Assembly: GCA_951406725.2 (NCBI GenBank)
Contig: OX597820.1
Location: forward strand, 85,002,001-85,066,000
Reading direction: 5' to 3'
From: Octopus vulgaris
Taxonomy: Eukaryota
Length of the DNA: 64,000 bases
Shown: one piece after another, positions 26,826 to 42,009 of the stretch
Position numbering within the stretch: the stretch's first letter is position 1
Layout: each line of letters opens with the position of its first letter
The notes under the pieces: generated by a model
Seen by the model: the letters and a program-made list of their open reading frames with translations, nothing else
Told to the model about the DNA's origin: nothing
Database searches by the model: none
Made by a program: the position numbers and the translations under genes

Positions 26826-27370
26826 TTAGAGGACGTCACCAATTGTGCAAGCAACACAAAATACGTAAACGACGTGAGAAAATAGAAAGGGAAACACGAA
26901 AGTAAACACAGAGAAATGAACCTTCATCAGTTGTCGGTTGTCTATTATGAGTCTTCAAAGGCAGTTGCTTCCATAAATTCTAAAATAAAATTTAGGATTT
27001 ATGGAGGGTCACATTTGGAAAGAAAAATAGGAGACATACAAGTAAACCAAATGGAAAAAAATACATAGACGTTCCTTAGACTAGAACGAGAGGAAAATAG
27101 TGAACACTAGAAGAATTATTCTCTTTGAAAACAGAAAAGATAGAAGAGAGAGAAATAAAACGTCTAGTCCTTTGAGCGTCCGTACAGGAAAAGAAAGATG
27201 GTCACGTAAGGAAAAGAAATATGGACAATGGTCACGTTGGAGCAGCGAGATAGGGAACAAGAGAAAGAATGGGATATATATATGTGTGTGTGTGTATACA
27301 TTGTTTATATTTACAGAAGACAAACGACGAAGACAGGTGAAGGAACGTCAAACAGTTGTGCTAGTTTGAT
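26826..27370 (-). mobile_element. Probable PLE terminal-repeat-like sequence
   Basis: purine-rich unit between microsatellites with a minus-strand CTGATGA at ~26924-26930; family assignment weak. Confidence 0.35.
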
Positions 27371-27929
27371 GCGCAGGATGGTATGTATTTTTATGTATAT
27401 ATGAGTATACGTACGCATTCAGCATTGTGAATATGCATCAGTATACGCGTGAGATATTGTCTATAAGCAAAGTACTGCTAACTGTAATCCCTTTCACGAA
27501 TGCCTCCGTATGAATTTCATCGTATAATTTTATTTATGTGTGAGAGTATGTTGCTTCTTTTCTACATGTGGTGAGATATGTTTGTCAATGCCTGGTCGTT
27601 TGATTTAACTTTTGCAGTCTGTAATTCAATTTTGCTAATATATTTTTCTGATTTTATGTTTTGCTTTTATATTTAACTCGCAATGACTTAACCCCCTTAT
27701 CTACATTATGTTACTTAATCTCGTCTCACTCAACACTTTAAATACTAACTTGTATTTCTTCCATAAATCCTCCGATATGCTAAATGTCTATGAAATTTGA
27801 TATTTGTAATGTACCAATGTATATTGTTTGACTACTAACTTTCTTTCTCAAACCCCGTCACATTGTTTCAAATTTAATGAATAGTCTTTGTTTTATAATT
27901 GTAAATTCTAAATTTCTCTGATAATGCAG

Positions 27930-28428
27930 TGCGAAATTTTTCTCCCACGAGAGTTCCGATTTCCAGGAATAAACTCATTTGCATACAGCCAATCAGAGCT
28001 CACCTTGACATTGTCAAGTTAACAAGCACACTCTACCAAATAAATTCACAACGAACAACGGTGTTGTAAATCGATTTTATAAGGGGACAAGTAATTAGAT
28101 TGATCTGTATCTATACCTACTATTGAATTGTAAAGATATGGATAGGGAAAATGTGGATAGGAGTGATGTGCTAGCAACCCTATCCCCTTACTGTTTTAGG
28201 AAGTAAACAACAACAAATAACTACGCTGAGGTAACCATGGCTAAAAAAAGAAGAACACAGGCATTATCAACAGAGAAAACACGCCTGATCATTCCTTACC
28301 CAAGTGACCTTATCTTATCGCCCATCACTTGTTATGCGCTCATAAATTAGTTTGAGAGTTGAGCTCTGATTGGCTGTTTGCAAACGAGTCCATAACTGGG
28401 GTCCGAAGCACTCGTGGGAAAAATCGCA
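27930..28428. mobile_element. MITE (~500 bp) with ~70-bp terminal inverted repeats
   Basis: cccacgag...tttgcatacagccaatcagagctca (27944-28002) vs tgagctctgattggctgtttgcaaa...ctcgtggg (28360-28418). Confidence 0.8.
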
Positions 28429-28608
28429 TAATGAAGAACAGTTGATGTACTTGTTAAACATCATTTACTCGATGTTATTTATATTTATTACCTATGCATT
28501 ATTTAAATATCAATGATGGTAACCAATTACTAAATCTCAGTCATGATAATAGATATTTACCAACAATACTCTTACTCCATTTGTCGACGCCATACTACCA
28601 GCATCTTT

Positions 28609-28811
28609 AAAGCGGTGAGCTGATAGAACCGTTAGCCCATCGGACAAAATACTTTGCAACATTCCATCCTCTTCATGTTCTGTGTTCAGATTCAGCATTG
28701 CATCATTTCCGGGTCGATGAATAAGTACTATTTGAACTTTGGAGTTGGTTTAATCCACTTAGGGATGACTCGAAATTGCTGGCCTTGAGCAAAATTTTGA
28801 AGCCATTATTG
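28609..28811 (+). mobile_element. SINE family B with target-site duplication
   Basis: gcggtgagctgatagaaccgttagc head; 11-bp TSD ccagcatcttt at 28598-28608 and 28812-28822. Confidence 0.85.
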
Positions 28812-29578
28812 CCAGCATCTTTCGCCTCCTAATTTTCCCAATATTCATTGAACCTATATCAAATTTTGTAATTATTTAAACTTATATAATGGTAACTGTG
28901 ACATGCACCAAACAAAGGTAAATGTTCTTGCGAAGCTAGGTAAGTAAAGTGCAATCATATGAATGATTACGTTCCTCAAATCGGAAACCACATCGTATGA
29001 AAGATACTCTGACGAAATAGATGCATGCACATATCACAAAACAAAAACCGGAAAACGTAAACGGAATAATTACAACAGCGTGTAAATGTAATTATTAACG
29101 TGGTTAAGATATTTTATTCTTTTTTTTCCATTAGATTTACCAGCGCATAGCAAAGGCAAATATTCATGGTTGGTACATTTGCAGAGCTTCACCGACATAG
29201 GAGACGTTGATACATCAATCGATTTTAGAAAATGTTGAATGTTTTTAAATTGGGGATTCGATGCCGAAAACATTTAATCATTGATGCTTCAATAATGTCA
29301 AAATGTTTTATTGTATTATTCGTTATTGGTTACCGGTTACGCTGAAAGGGATTATAACTTTTTAGGATAATTCCACAAAAGCACGCATAACAGGTACCCG
29401 TGCATTTCTAATAAATTTAAATGACAATGACAAACATACATACATACACACACACACACACAAATATATATATATATATATATATAGGTGCATGCACATA
29501 TCATAGGTATATGTATATATGCATATACATGTACATGCATATATCATATATATATATAAATATATATATATGTATATA

Positions 29579-29673
<95 letters not shown>

Positions 29674-29688
29674 GTCATATATCATATA

Positions 29689-30538
29689 CGAGGCTTGATC
29701 AATATGTATCAGGACTGTTGACCTAGTAACGAATCCTTAGCACTCGGAGTGAAGCCTCTTGACACAGACTGACCTGACGTTGAACACCGTGCTCTTTATG
29801 GCAGTACTTGGAAGGAAGGTGTGTAGCATGTGATCTTCGCATTGACCATGACAGAGGACGTTGTCATGGTGATACCTGGTCAGAGGCCTACTTAATGTTG
29901 CAAAAAGTGTATGGAGAGGGGTATATGAGCCGCACTCAAATGTAGGAGTGGTTCAGACGTTTCGAAGATGGCCAGAGAAATGTCGATATTGACGAAAGTT
30001 CTGAGAGACACGCAATGAGCAGAACTGAAAAAAAGCATCACAGATGTGCGTGCATCTGTGAAGAGAAATCGTCGAATAACCATCCGTAAACTATCAGAGG
30101 ATGTGCACATTAGTTATGGTTCAGTTCAGTCTATTATCACTGAAGATTTGGGTATGAGATGCATGTCATCCAAATTTGCGCCAAAACTGCTTTCATCTAA
30201 CCAAAAAGACAGGGTTTCAGTAGTAGATCTTGATTGTGTACAGAACGATGAAAACTTTTTGAAAATGTGCATAGGCCTCTGAGCAGGTATCACCAAGCTT
30301 TTTGCAAAATTTGATGCAGCTTCTCTTCTCAACTTTCTCTGCCATGGTCAATGCGATGATCACACGCTATATAACCTCATTCCAAGCACTGCTGTATACA
30401 AGGAAAGTGAGCTAAAACATTGAAATTCGGTGCGCATGCACATTAGAGTTCAAGGTCCATTTTTGGCAATTGGTTCTACTTGCGTGATTTAGCTTCGTTA
30501 CTATGGCTATTGTCCAAATACTTATTGAACAGACCATG
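29689..30538 (+). mobile_element. Non-autonomous mariner derivative with long inverted ends
   Basis: TA TSDs; matching TIRs; transposase HTH relic (ORF 30046-30282 RRITIRKLSEDVHISYGSVQSIITEDLGM..SKFAPKLL); right arm is an inverted copy of the 5' end. Confidence 0.9.
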
Positions 30539-30598
30539 TATAATTGCATATACATATACATGTATATATCATATATATATATGCACATACATGCATAC

Positions 30599-30642
<44 letters not shown>

Positions 30643-31369
30643 GTAATACATGCATATATACATGCATAATTATATACATATATACTTACATACATACACG
30701 CATACACGCATACAAACGTATATACATACATGCATACATACATACATATATACATATATACGCACTTACACATCTATGTACAAACAGAGAGAACGTGCAG
30801 GGAGTAATTTGTAGACAGATACTAGTTATTACAATTTTAGTTTTGTTCAGACTTTTTTAAATCCGTGAGTTCGTTTCCCAGACAGCCCATTACCCAGTGT
30901 GCTAGGGCTCGTCAGCTTATTTCAGGCTAATTCAGTCCCCTCCGATAAAAGAAAAACTACATTTATTGAAAGTGTGGTGGTGTTTATATGTAAGATAGTG
31001 CATCCCCTTCCGATATTTTTGCTTAGAAACTAGATAAAATCTATGTTAATAATTATAAATTACATCGCAAACCGGGAATAGATTTTCTAAACATTTTAAT
31101 GAGAATAAAATAAATTGGATATTTTATTGAACGAATATCTGTTAGATGATAACAATGAATATTATATTGATAGCATTATTGATGTCATTTATAATAAACC
31201 ACATCAAATAACATATTAATTATCATTGGACTATTAATCTAAATTCATCATAGCATAGCATGAAAAATGAAAATTGGAAAATGGAGATGAAGAGGATGAA
31301 CAAGAAAGTAAAATTAGTTTTGTCTTAAGAAGGAAGAAAGCATGATTTAAATAAATACAAGTAAATTAT

Positions 31370-33148
<1,779 letters not shown>

Positions 33149-33149
33149 T

Positions 33150-34000
33150 TCCATATAATCCCTTCCACAAGACTAACGAGAACCTTAAATATATCAATAA
33201 ACACTCCTCTCATCCACCTTATTGTATTGAAAATCTTAATTCCAAATATGAGCCGTAGCATCACATACTGTTCTTCTTCTAAAGAAATATCTTAAAATGC
33301 TGCAGCATATTATAATAAGGCCCTTCAGGATGGCAGCTTTATCGATAAAATATTCTATATCCCTCACCTTCTTCTATCATCTAGCCGTAAAAATAGGTCT
33401 CTGAAAGTGTTTTTATGCTCCCCACCATTTACTTTTAATGCTTGAACACTTGCGTAGATACCATAGATACAAGAAAATCGTTAACACACGCGCGATAAAA
33501 GTTACCATTTTTTCCGCCTAATGTTAAGTCATGTATCAATAAACCACGGATGACTCAAGCCTGCTCTGGATGTACATGTAGAGACCAATCTCAATGTTCT
33601 CTAAGACAGGCGTGTGATATATTTTCAGTTGCTTCTCAAGCATATGCTTCAGCCAATTACGACAATATTCGCACAAATATGAAAACATTATATCGGCGTC
33701 GTGGAAGGAAAATCCCCTTCAAATTCAAACCATATATTAACGAGTCTACAAAATAAATGTTCAGTAAGACAGGCGTGTGATATATTTTCAGTTGCTTCTC
33801 AAGCATATGCTTCAGCCAATTACGACAATATTCGCACAAATATGAAAACATTATATCGGCGTCGTGGAAGGAAAATCCCCTTCAAATTCAAACCATATAT
33901 TAACGAGTCTACAAAATAAATGTTCAGTGTGTTCTCTAGAAAAATAGTCTCTGTCTTGTAAAACTTCAGAACCTCCAACGAGGAACGAAATTTTTTTTGT
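33150..34000 (+). mobile_element. PLE RT-thumb to GIY-YIG relic
   Basis: LKYINKHSSHPP, SSSKEI..NAAAYYNKAL, PPFT, GCTCRDQSQCSL and KHYIGVVEG motifs across frames. Confidence 0.8.
33602..33927 (+). repeat. 163-bp tandem duplication (2 copies, apparently identical)
   Basis: 33602-33764 matches 33765-33927 by eye. Confidence 0.95.
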
Positions 34001-34282
34001 ATGTCCTCATTTCAAGAAATACATATCGGAATTTCAAAGTGGACAACCGGACACTTAGTAAACTATTAACATATGGTTTACGTCTGCTTGAAATAGTTGT
34101 AACGTTGGTTATCCGCCTTGTATTTTCTCTTTGTCTTCTTCTTTATAAGCGATCTTGTTTAAAGGTTATCTACAAAAAAGACAAATTGATAAATGGCATA
34201 ATAAATTGTTATCAGGACCAGAAAAACCTGGGTAGTTGTATTTACAAAGTTTGTGAGATGCTTAAAGATCACACACACACAC

Positions 34283-34349
<67 letters not shown>

Positions 34350-34406
34350 GATACATACATATATACATGCATACATGCACACCCAAACACATATATATAC
34401 TATATA

Positions 34407-34783
34407 AACAAATAATCAATATAAAGCTTAATTTATTAAACAAAGTTCAAAAAATTTCATTAAATAAATAAAATATAGCAGACTCGCTGTTAAAATGGAT
34501 TATAGTTTTGTTTCATAATCCTAGACAATTGTTTCTGACAAAAGGACCAAGGTTTCCTTCTATAGAATATCACAAGGAGAACATCACTTACTGAAGAGTA
34601 CAAATTCGACCGTTGTGAAGTTCTGCTTTTGGAAATCTAGGTCATTTTGTCAGAAACAATTGCCGGGGATTAGGGAATAAAAAGATAATCCATTTTAACA
34701 TCTCACCTGCTTCCTTTTATTTACTTGTTGACATTTTATTGAACTTCGTTTAATAAATTAAGTCATCTATTGATTATTTATTT
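34407..34783. repeat. Fold-back (~150-bp arms) of a PLE-type repeat containing a hammerhead (34587-34668, +)
   Basis: tgttaaaatggattat...caattgtttctgacaaaa vs ttttgtcagaaacaattg...ataatccattttaaca; CTTA-CTGAAGA..ACAAA..GACC..GGTC..TTTGT..GAAAC AATT GCC. Confidence 0.8.
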
Positions 34784-35655
34784 ACATACTGCCATACCTG
34801 TACGATTTGATATATTCGTAAATAACGTATCATGAAAAGTCATTGAAAACTATGAAAACGTATTCTATTAAAGAACGAATATATATTCATCCGAATAAAT
34901 ATAATATATAGAAAAGCAGAGTTAGTGGTTTTATTAACCGTCTAAGGGATAATAGTATCCGTATCAATTGCATGTGCAATACCTGAGCATTTGTATGTAG
35001 GCACATTATGCTCATAAGGTACAGACACCAACAGAATAAACAAACGTTTATCAGGAATTAAATTTAAATGATTAGAAAATGTAGACAACTTTTGATCAAC
35101 GAACAAACAAATTGAACCACATCGGTTGATCAGAGTTGATAACTTACCATCCACCCCGTGCATCAGAGCAACCACGACAAGCATCATCGTTACTATGAGG
35201 GTTATTAGTACTATTGCATACGAGCACCAAGCTCGCCACCATCATAGCAGTTAGTGCCACCACCGTCGCCTGTTGTGTTGAGGTTTGATGCTGTTGTCAG
35301 CCACCACTCTGTCAACAACTACTACAAGTACGTACACCAACGATCCGATCAACGACAACTAGCACCACATTTACCACCATCATTAACAACACTGATGTAG
35401 ACAATGCTATCACGGCATTAAACATTATTAGAACCATTAAGCCCCACGTGGGTAATAAAAAATCAATTATTACAATCATATAAACAACCATTTCTGCATT
35501 GATAGAGATGTTTGTGTGTGCGTGTGTACGAATATATCTGTATATATATGCATATTATAACTGGATGTACATGTATGTATATATGTATGTATTTATGTAT
35601 GTATGTATGTATACATATATATGAATATATATGTGTGTGTGTGTGTGTGTGTGAA

Positions 35656-35943
35656 GGTGCAATGGACCAGTGGTTATGGCAGCGCACTCGCGGTCGTAGG
35701 ATCGCGGTTTCGATTCCCAGACCGGGACCGGGCGATATGAGTATTTATTGAGCGAAAACACCTAAACGCTCCACTAGGCTCTTACAGGAATGGTGGCGAT
35801 CCCTGCTGTACTATTTCTCCACAACTTTTGCTCACTCTTTCTTCTGTTGGCCTGCTCGCTTTTTCATTTGAAGGCTAAAAAACAATGCGAAGCACATTGT
35901 GACCAGCGATGTGTAGCAACATTGGTCAAGGTGATCACGGTGA
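35656..35943 (+). mobile_element. tRNA(Arg)-like-headed SINE family C
   Basis: ggtgcaatggaccagtggtta...actcgcggtcg...ggtttcgattccc head with A/B boxes; tail shared with 21147. Confidence 0.85.
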
Positions 35944-36944
35944 TATATATATACATATGCATACAATCACAAACATGCACATAGATAAGCACGCACACAT
36001 ACGCACCTACACGCACGCACATACAAACACATACACACACACACTCATAAACACACACGACCACATAAATTTAATTACATAGATAATTTATAGTTGTGTG
36101 TCCGTGTTTAATTTGATGATATTTACGTCACGTTTTGGGGAAAAAATCTTGACATATTGGGGAACGGTCAACAGTTGTGAACAGCTAAAAATAAGAGTTC
36201 TGGTTGAGAAAAAGTTAGCTAACAAGAACTACTATTCGAATCAAGTTACCACCTATCATGATTATTCGCGTCCAGTATCAAAATAGTGAGATCTTGACTG
36301 ATGCCGAATGCACCATGACCATTAGTACTGCTGTAAGACGTGTCATGGACGGCTGCAACGGAGACTACGAAACCGTGGTTAGCATGATGCGTCAATGCAG
36401 GTATTTTAACTGTGTTCGCATGATATTACGTATGAAATATAAAATTAAATCCAAAAATTACTGGTTACTTCTGGGAAAACGATAAATTGCTCCCTGGGGA
36501 GAGGTTTTAGCAATTATAAAGGACTCCATCATGAAGAAAAGCATGCGTACATACATGCATGCTTGTGCAGGTACACATTACCATCCACACATTACACATA
36601 CAGGAATGTATATAAATTTTGTGGGGATATATCACCATGTAATAAGTTTGTTGAAATATACTATATTAATACATTTCAAGACACAGAATGGCAACACAGG
36701 TAATTTAGCATATCCATAAACGAATATTTCATCTATATATAACAACGCGTATATATAAATATATGTATATATACGCATATGTATGTGCGTATAGCGTATT
36801 TATATATACATGCATATATATATATGGGTGTGTGTGTGTTTGCATATAATCATGTATGAATACATATATGTATACGTGTATGTTTGTGTTTGGCGGGGTG
36901 GTTAACTACTTTCGTCTATAAATGCGCATGTATATAGTGTATGT

Positions 36945-37012
<68 letters not shown>

Positions 37013-37100
37013 TACATACATCTTTATTTATATATGTATATATAGATGTGTCTGTGTTGTGTCTATGTGTGTAAATATATATTTAAAGGTGTACTACGTG

Positions 37101-37154
<54 letters not shown>

Positions 37155-37565
37155 GACATATATATATATATATACATATACATACATACATATGTATATA
37201 TATATATATATATACATGTGTATGTATGTATGTATGTATGCATGTATATGCATGTACATTTGTACCTTTCCAGAAACAGAACACACACGCTGATACATTG
37301 GCAGGAAATGGCTTTAATTTCCTCTTGTATATACCAAATATAACATTGATATATCTAATATGGAACTACCATTGTTCCTTTAATGAAAATATGCCTACTA
37401 CATGCCAGAAGCAGTGTCAAATTAAACTGCAACTGTACTCATGTAATGAATTTGCAAATGGGTTGTCGTCTTTCTATTATACTCTCAGTTTATACGCACC
37501 GTACACAAATACACACTCGTTATAAGAAGCACACATATTCAAATACACGAGTATATATGTATATA

Positions 37566-37613
<48 letters not shown>

Positions 37614-37614
37614 A

Positions 37615-37645
<31 letters not shown>

Positions 37646-38735
37646 TATGTGTGTGCACGTGTATTTGTGTTTGTGTGTGTATGTGTTTGTATGTCTATAT
37701 TTATATATATATTATATATATAGGCTTATACATACATACACACACATATGTATATATGTATGTATTTATGTATGTATTCCAAGCAATTGTTTATATTCTC
37801 GTTCATATTGTTATCCATAGAATTCACGCTCTGTGCTAATTATCAGTGTCATATATATAGTAACACGTATAGAAAATTTAGAAAAAAAAATGCCACATAT
37901 ATTAACAGGAAAATGTAATGTTTATCATAGTTTAGAAATAGCACGATAGACTTTTGTTTCTTTGTCATATATGCATTGATATTTTTTATTATCATAGGTA
38001 TGTGTGTAACTGAGTGTGTGTAATTTTCACTTATGTACCAATTGTATTTATATAACTGTTTGTGCCTATATTTGTGCGTTTATATATTGTTTTTGAATGT
38101 AAGAGAATTGTGTACATATACGTTTGCTATTTATGACATTATTAGTATTCGGAAAATACATTATTTACTTAAACTTAGAGCCACATACAAATGTACTTTC
38201 TCGAGCACAGGCGCACTCACATACGTACACAAACATATATTTAACTCTTCATATATGTTATGGGTTTGTATGTGATGATCGATATTGGGCAGTGTTTGTT
38301 GTAGTCTGTACGTGTACGGGTATATATATATATATATCAATGCGTATATATATATATATGTCTTTTTCTTAACAATACACAATATTGTGTCAAATCATAA
38401 TGGTTGTTGAAAGGAATTAGACTTGTAACGGTAAAATGAAAGGCTTAGGTAATGGATGGTATCAGTTCAATAGAATGAACTGAATGTGATATTTCCGTAT
38501 ATACCATTCTGTCGTATTGTGTTCCACACATCTATTTTCAATTGATTATTGATCAAATATGTAGCCAGAACAATACATACATTGGCACACACGTATACTC
38601 ACATGTATATATATATATATGTTTGTAAGTATACATTGTTGTATGTACATATAACAATACATATCTATCTACATACCACTCTCTCACTCTCTGTCTCTTT
38701 CTCACTCTCTCTCTCGTTCTCTCTCTCTCTCTCAC

Positions 38736-38811
<76 letters not shown>

Positions 38812-39245
38812 GGTATGTATGTATATATGTATGTATGAATGTATGTATGTATAAAATAACTGGATCTCCGTCGGTTGATTCTTAGTAGACTATCAACTGC
38901 TACTCCAACACCAATACAAACTAGTCATACAATTGTCTAGTAAGGACTGACCATTTGATAATCAAACTTCACAATAATTTATTTTCAATTCGGACTGATG
39001 CTATGCAAAAGTTAAATATACTAATACTGAGAAAAAAAAATTACCACACACCTAGTGTCAAAGCGATGTTAGAAATGTGTTTCAAAAATGGTTTCCACCC
39101 GAAGGCGTAGCGAAATAAAAACTTGTGCAATTCTACAATACATCAACAATGATTCTAACCAGTATGTTGTTGCGGATTCGACCCTGGTGCATCTGACAAT
39201 AGACACATAAACATACATACAAACATACCCAGATACGTTAACATG

Positions 39246-39278
<33 letters not shown>

Positions 39279-39306
39279 ACATACTCATACACACATAACA
39301 TAAACA

Positions 39307-39348
<42 letters not shown>

Positions 39349-39435
39349 ATATGATTTAACTTACTAAACAGTGTTCACCAAATTCCTTCATATTTTACGT
39401 AAATGAAGGATATTAGATGTTAATATAGCTCATAT

Positions 39436-39515
39436 AGCTATACCATCGTTTCATACAGAAGGGGAATAAATTCATTTTAAGAATTTGAGTTGTCAAAAAA
39501 TATTCATCAGTAGCC
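39436..39515 (-). ncRNA. Type I hammerhead ribozyme, canonical core
   Basis: minus strand: GGCTA-CTGATGA-ATAT...GTAT-GAAAC GATG GT A-TAGCT. Confidence 0.8.
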
Positions 39516-40494
39516 AAAAAACGTTTAAAAAGCTAAGAAGATGTTATAATTACATACGTATTGTGTTATTACTCATTTTTATAATGTGTTATTGTTGTTG
39601 GAGTCATGAGTATTTAAACCAGAGTAAAAGATAACACTTGGTGCTGATATATATAATACTAATAAGGGTAACTCTCTATTGATTTGTATAAAGGAGCTAA
39701 TTTAAAACTACCATATATGTAGTAAAATATTGATGAGGCCGTATTTTCAGGAAAATACAAACCAAATAAGGAAGAACACGAATTTTTAAATAGTGGAGAT
39801 TAAGATATTTATTTAACCGTCAATAACCAACAAGGATCAGTAATTAATTAGAAAAACATGCTTAATAGTAATTATAAATGCTTTCTGGTTTATGAAATTT
39901 ATAATATTTTTGGTAAATAATATGTCTGATTTTTATAGAAAAAAATAAATGTAATATTACGAAATTTAGTTAAACTAGTAGAAGGATATATGAAGAGGTA
40001 GATACCAGAACACGGTTGATAAAATTCAAGTAAAATTAAAACTACAAGAATAAAAAATAAAAATAAAAAATAAAAAATTGTAAATATTGAAGATGAGGTT
40101 AAAATTTAATTACATTATCCGCTGCTAAAAACATATATAATCATATATGGAGTGGTATAGAAAAGTTATATTTTATAATAACGAAAAGACTTGTGTATAA
40201 TTGTGGAGAAAGGCTAAAAAATTGAGTAGTGTAGTGTAGGGGAGGTAACAATTAAGTGAAAAACTTGTGGCCTTACTTGCATTTACTATTTATATAAATA
40301 TAAAAAGATAAATATAAAAAGTAAATAGATTGAAATTCGTATGTATATGGATACATACATGCAACAAGTATGTCATACATAACTTTATACGTAAAAAAAT
40401 TATGCGTGTACATACCGGTACAGCCATATATGCATATACAATCGTTTTTTTTACATAGAAGAAACATCCATGCTTACGTACATGTATATAGAAG

Positions 40495-40617
<123 letters not shown>

Positions 40618-40652
40618 AAATATATGTGCATAAATATATATATATATATATG

Positions 40653-41045
40653 TATTAAGTTGGCAACTAAGTACCCGCCGTTTTTTTTATTTGAAATTTT
40701 TAAAAGGTCTCTAAAAAAGTAACAACGAATTAATCAATAATTGTTCACCTTTGTTGTTTACAGCTTCTTCCCAACGTGCAACAAGATTTTCAATACCTCG
40801 TTGGTAGAAATCACCTGATTTCGACTCAAAAAATTGGTCCAACCAAGCTCTCAATTCTGCATCAGTATTGAACGAAACTCCGCGCATGACATTTGAAAGA
40901 GACCTAAAGAGGTGGAAATCCGTTGGTGCCAAATTAGAAGAATACGGTTCTTTCAGCTATGACACCTTCTCCATACACAGCATAAATGTCACGAGCAGTA
41001 TTTGCGGCCTTAGAAAAAAAAGGAGGTGTCGAAAGTGAAGGTTGT
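40653..41045 (-). mobile_element. Internally deleted mariner (N- and C-terminal transposase relics, 3' TIR)
   Basis: HFRHLL..SKAANTARDIYAVYGEGVIAERT joined to PYSSNLAPTDFHLFRSL...FYQRGIENLVARWE; TA|TTAAGTTGGCAACTAAG end at 40653. Confidence 0.9.
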
Positions 41046-41142
41046 CGTGGATAGATTTAACTACCTACTACTATCATACCACCTGCATTCCTTTTATTAT
41101 TCTCTATTCTCTTTCTCCTTTTTCTTCGTCTTCTTCCTGTCC

Positions 41143-42005
41143 GCAGAGCCATCCTTTGACGTAGACTGATTTTTTGTTTGGCCTATGTATAGCCCTTCAC
41201 ACCCAGAGCAGATTAGTACGTGTATCAGGTTCTCCGAATAACATGTGAAGCTGCTTTTCACTGTGAAACGTTGTCCCTGTTTGAAAGAGAACTCTGATCC
41301 CCCAATTAATTTGACGCACACCCCATAGTTGGGTCTTAAGCATTTTTTTACTGACGGCTTCTATGTTGTTGTTGAGCGTATTCGGGCTTGTGTCAGGAGG
41401 CTTTTTCTTAGCTTTGGGTTGTTTCTAGTGTGTGCTTGGAGGACTAAGTTCATTCTGTAGTCCTTTGTTAGCAGGGGAATATTTTGAAGGATGGAGTCGA
41501 ACGCTTTATTGTTAAGAGGGTTGTATGTGGAGATGTATGGTAGGGCATAATTTGGGATGTCTGAGTTCGTGGATCTTGTGTTGTAGGACAGGATGAAAGC
41601 ATATGTCAATAAGTGAATCTGGGTAGTTCCTGGTGATGAGTGTACCCTTTAGTTCATGTAATCGTGTGTTTCTGGTGCTTGCATTAGAAACTATAATACA
41701 TATCCTTTTTGCTAGGTTGAAGGGGATATTCATTCTGGTGTGTCTGGGATGGCATGAGTTGAACGGTATATATATGTTTCTCTTACGTTGTTAGATTTCT
41801 TAATGAGGATGTCGAAGAAGGGTAGTTGATCATGGCTACATTTCACCGTGAATTGAATGTTTACGTCAAGTCCATTTATAATTGCTTGGAATAGTCTTTA
41901 AGTCTCTCTATACTTTCATGCCAAAGAATGAAACAGTCATCCAGGTATCTCTTCCAGTTATATTCTATGTAATGGGAGAAAGGGCTGCCGTATTTTTCTA
42001 GAACC
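41143..42005 (-). mobile_element. PLE RT plus N-terminal half of GIY-YIG (inverted segment)
   Basis: NWKRYLDDCFILW, PFFDIL, NIPFNLAKRIC, ISTYNP and FTCYSENLIHVLICSGCEGLYIGQT. Confidence 0.92.
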
Positions 42006-42009
42006 TTAC

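Noticed and set aside
26900-26940. Minus-strand CTGATGA in a PLE-like repeat
   Set aside because: No closing stem II/GAAA found
35656-35730. tRNA-Arg-like sequence
   Set aside because: Imperfect cloverleaf continuing into a SINE body; it is a SINE head, not a tRNA gene
36258-36485. Non-repetitive ORF with cag|gtattt donor-like site and GAAAC..GT motif
   Set aside because: No recognisable domain, weak acceptor, and no valid hammerhead core
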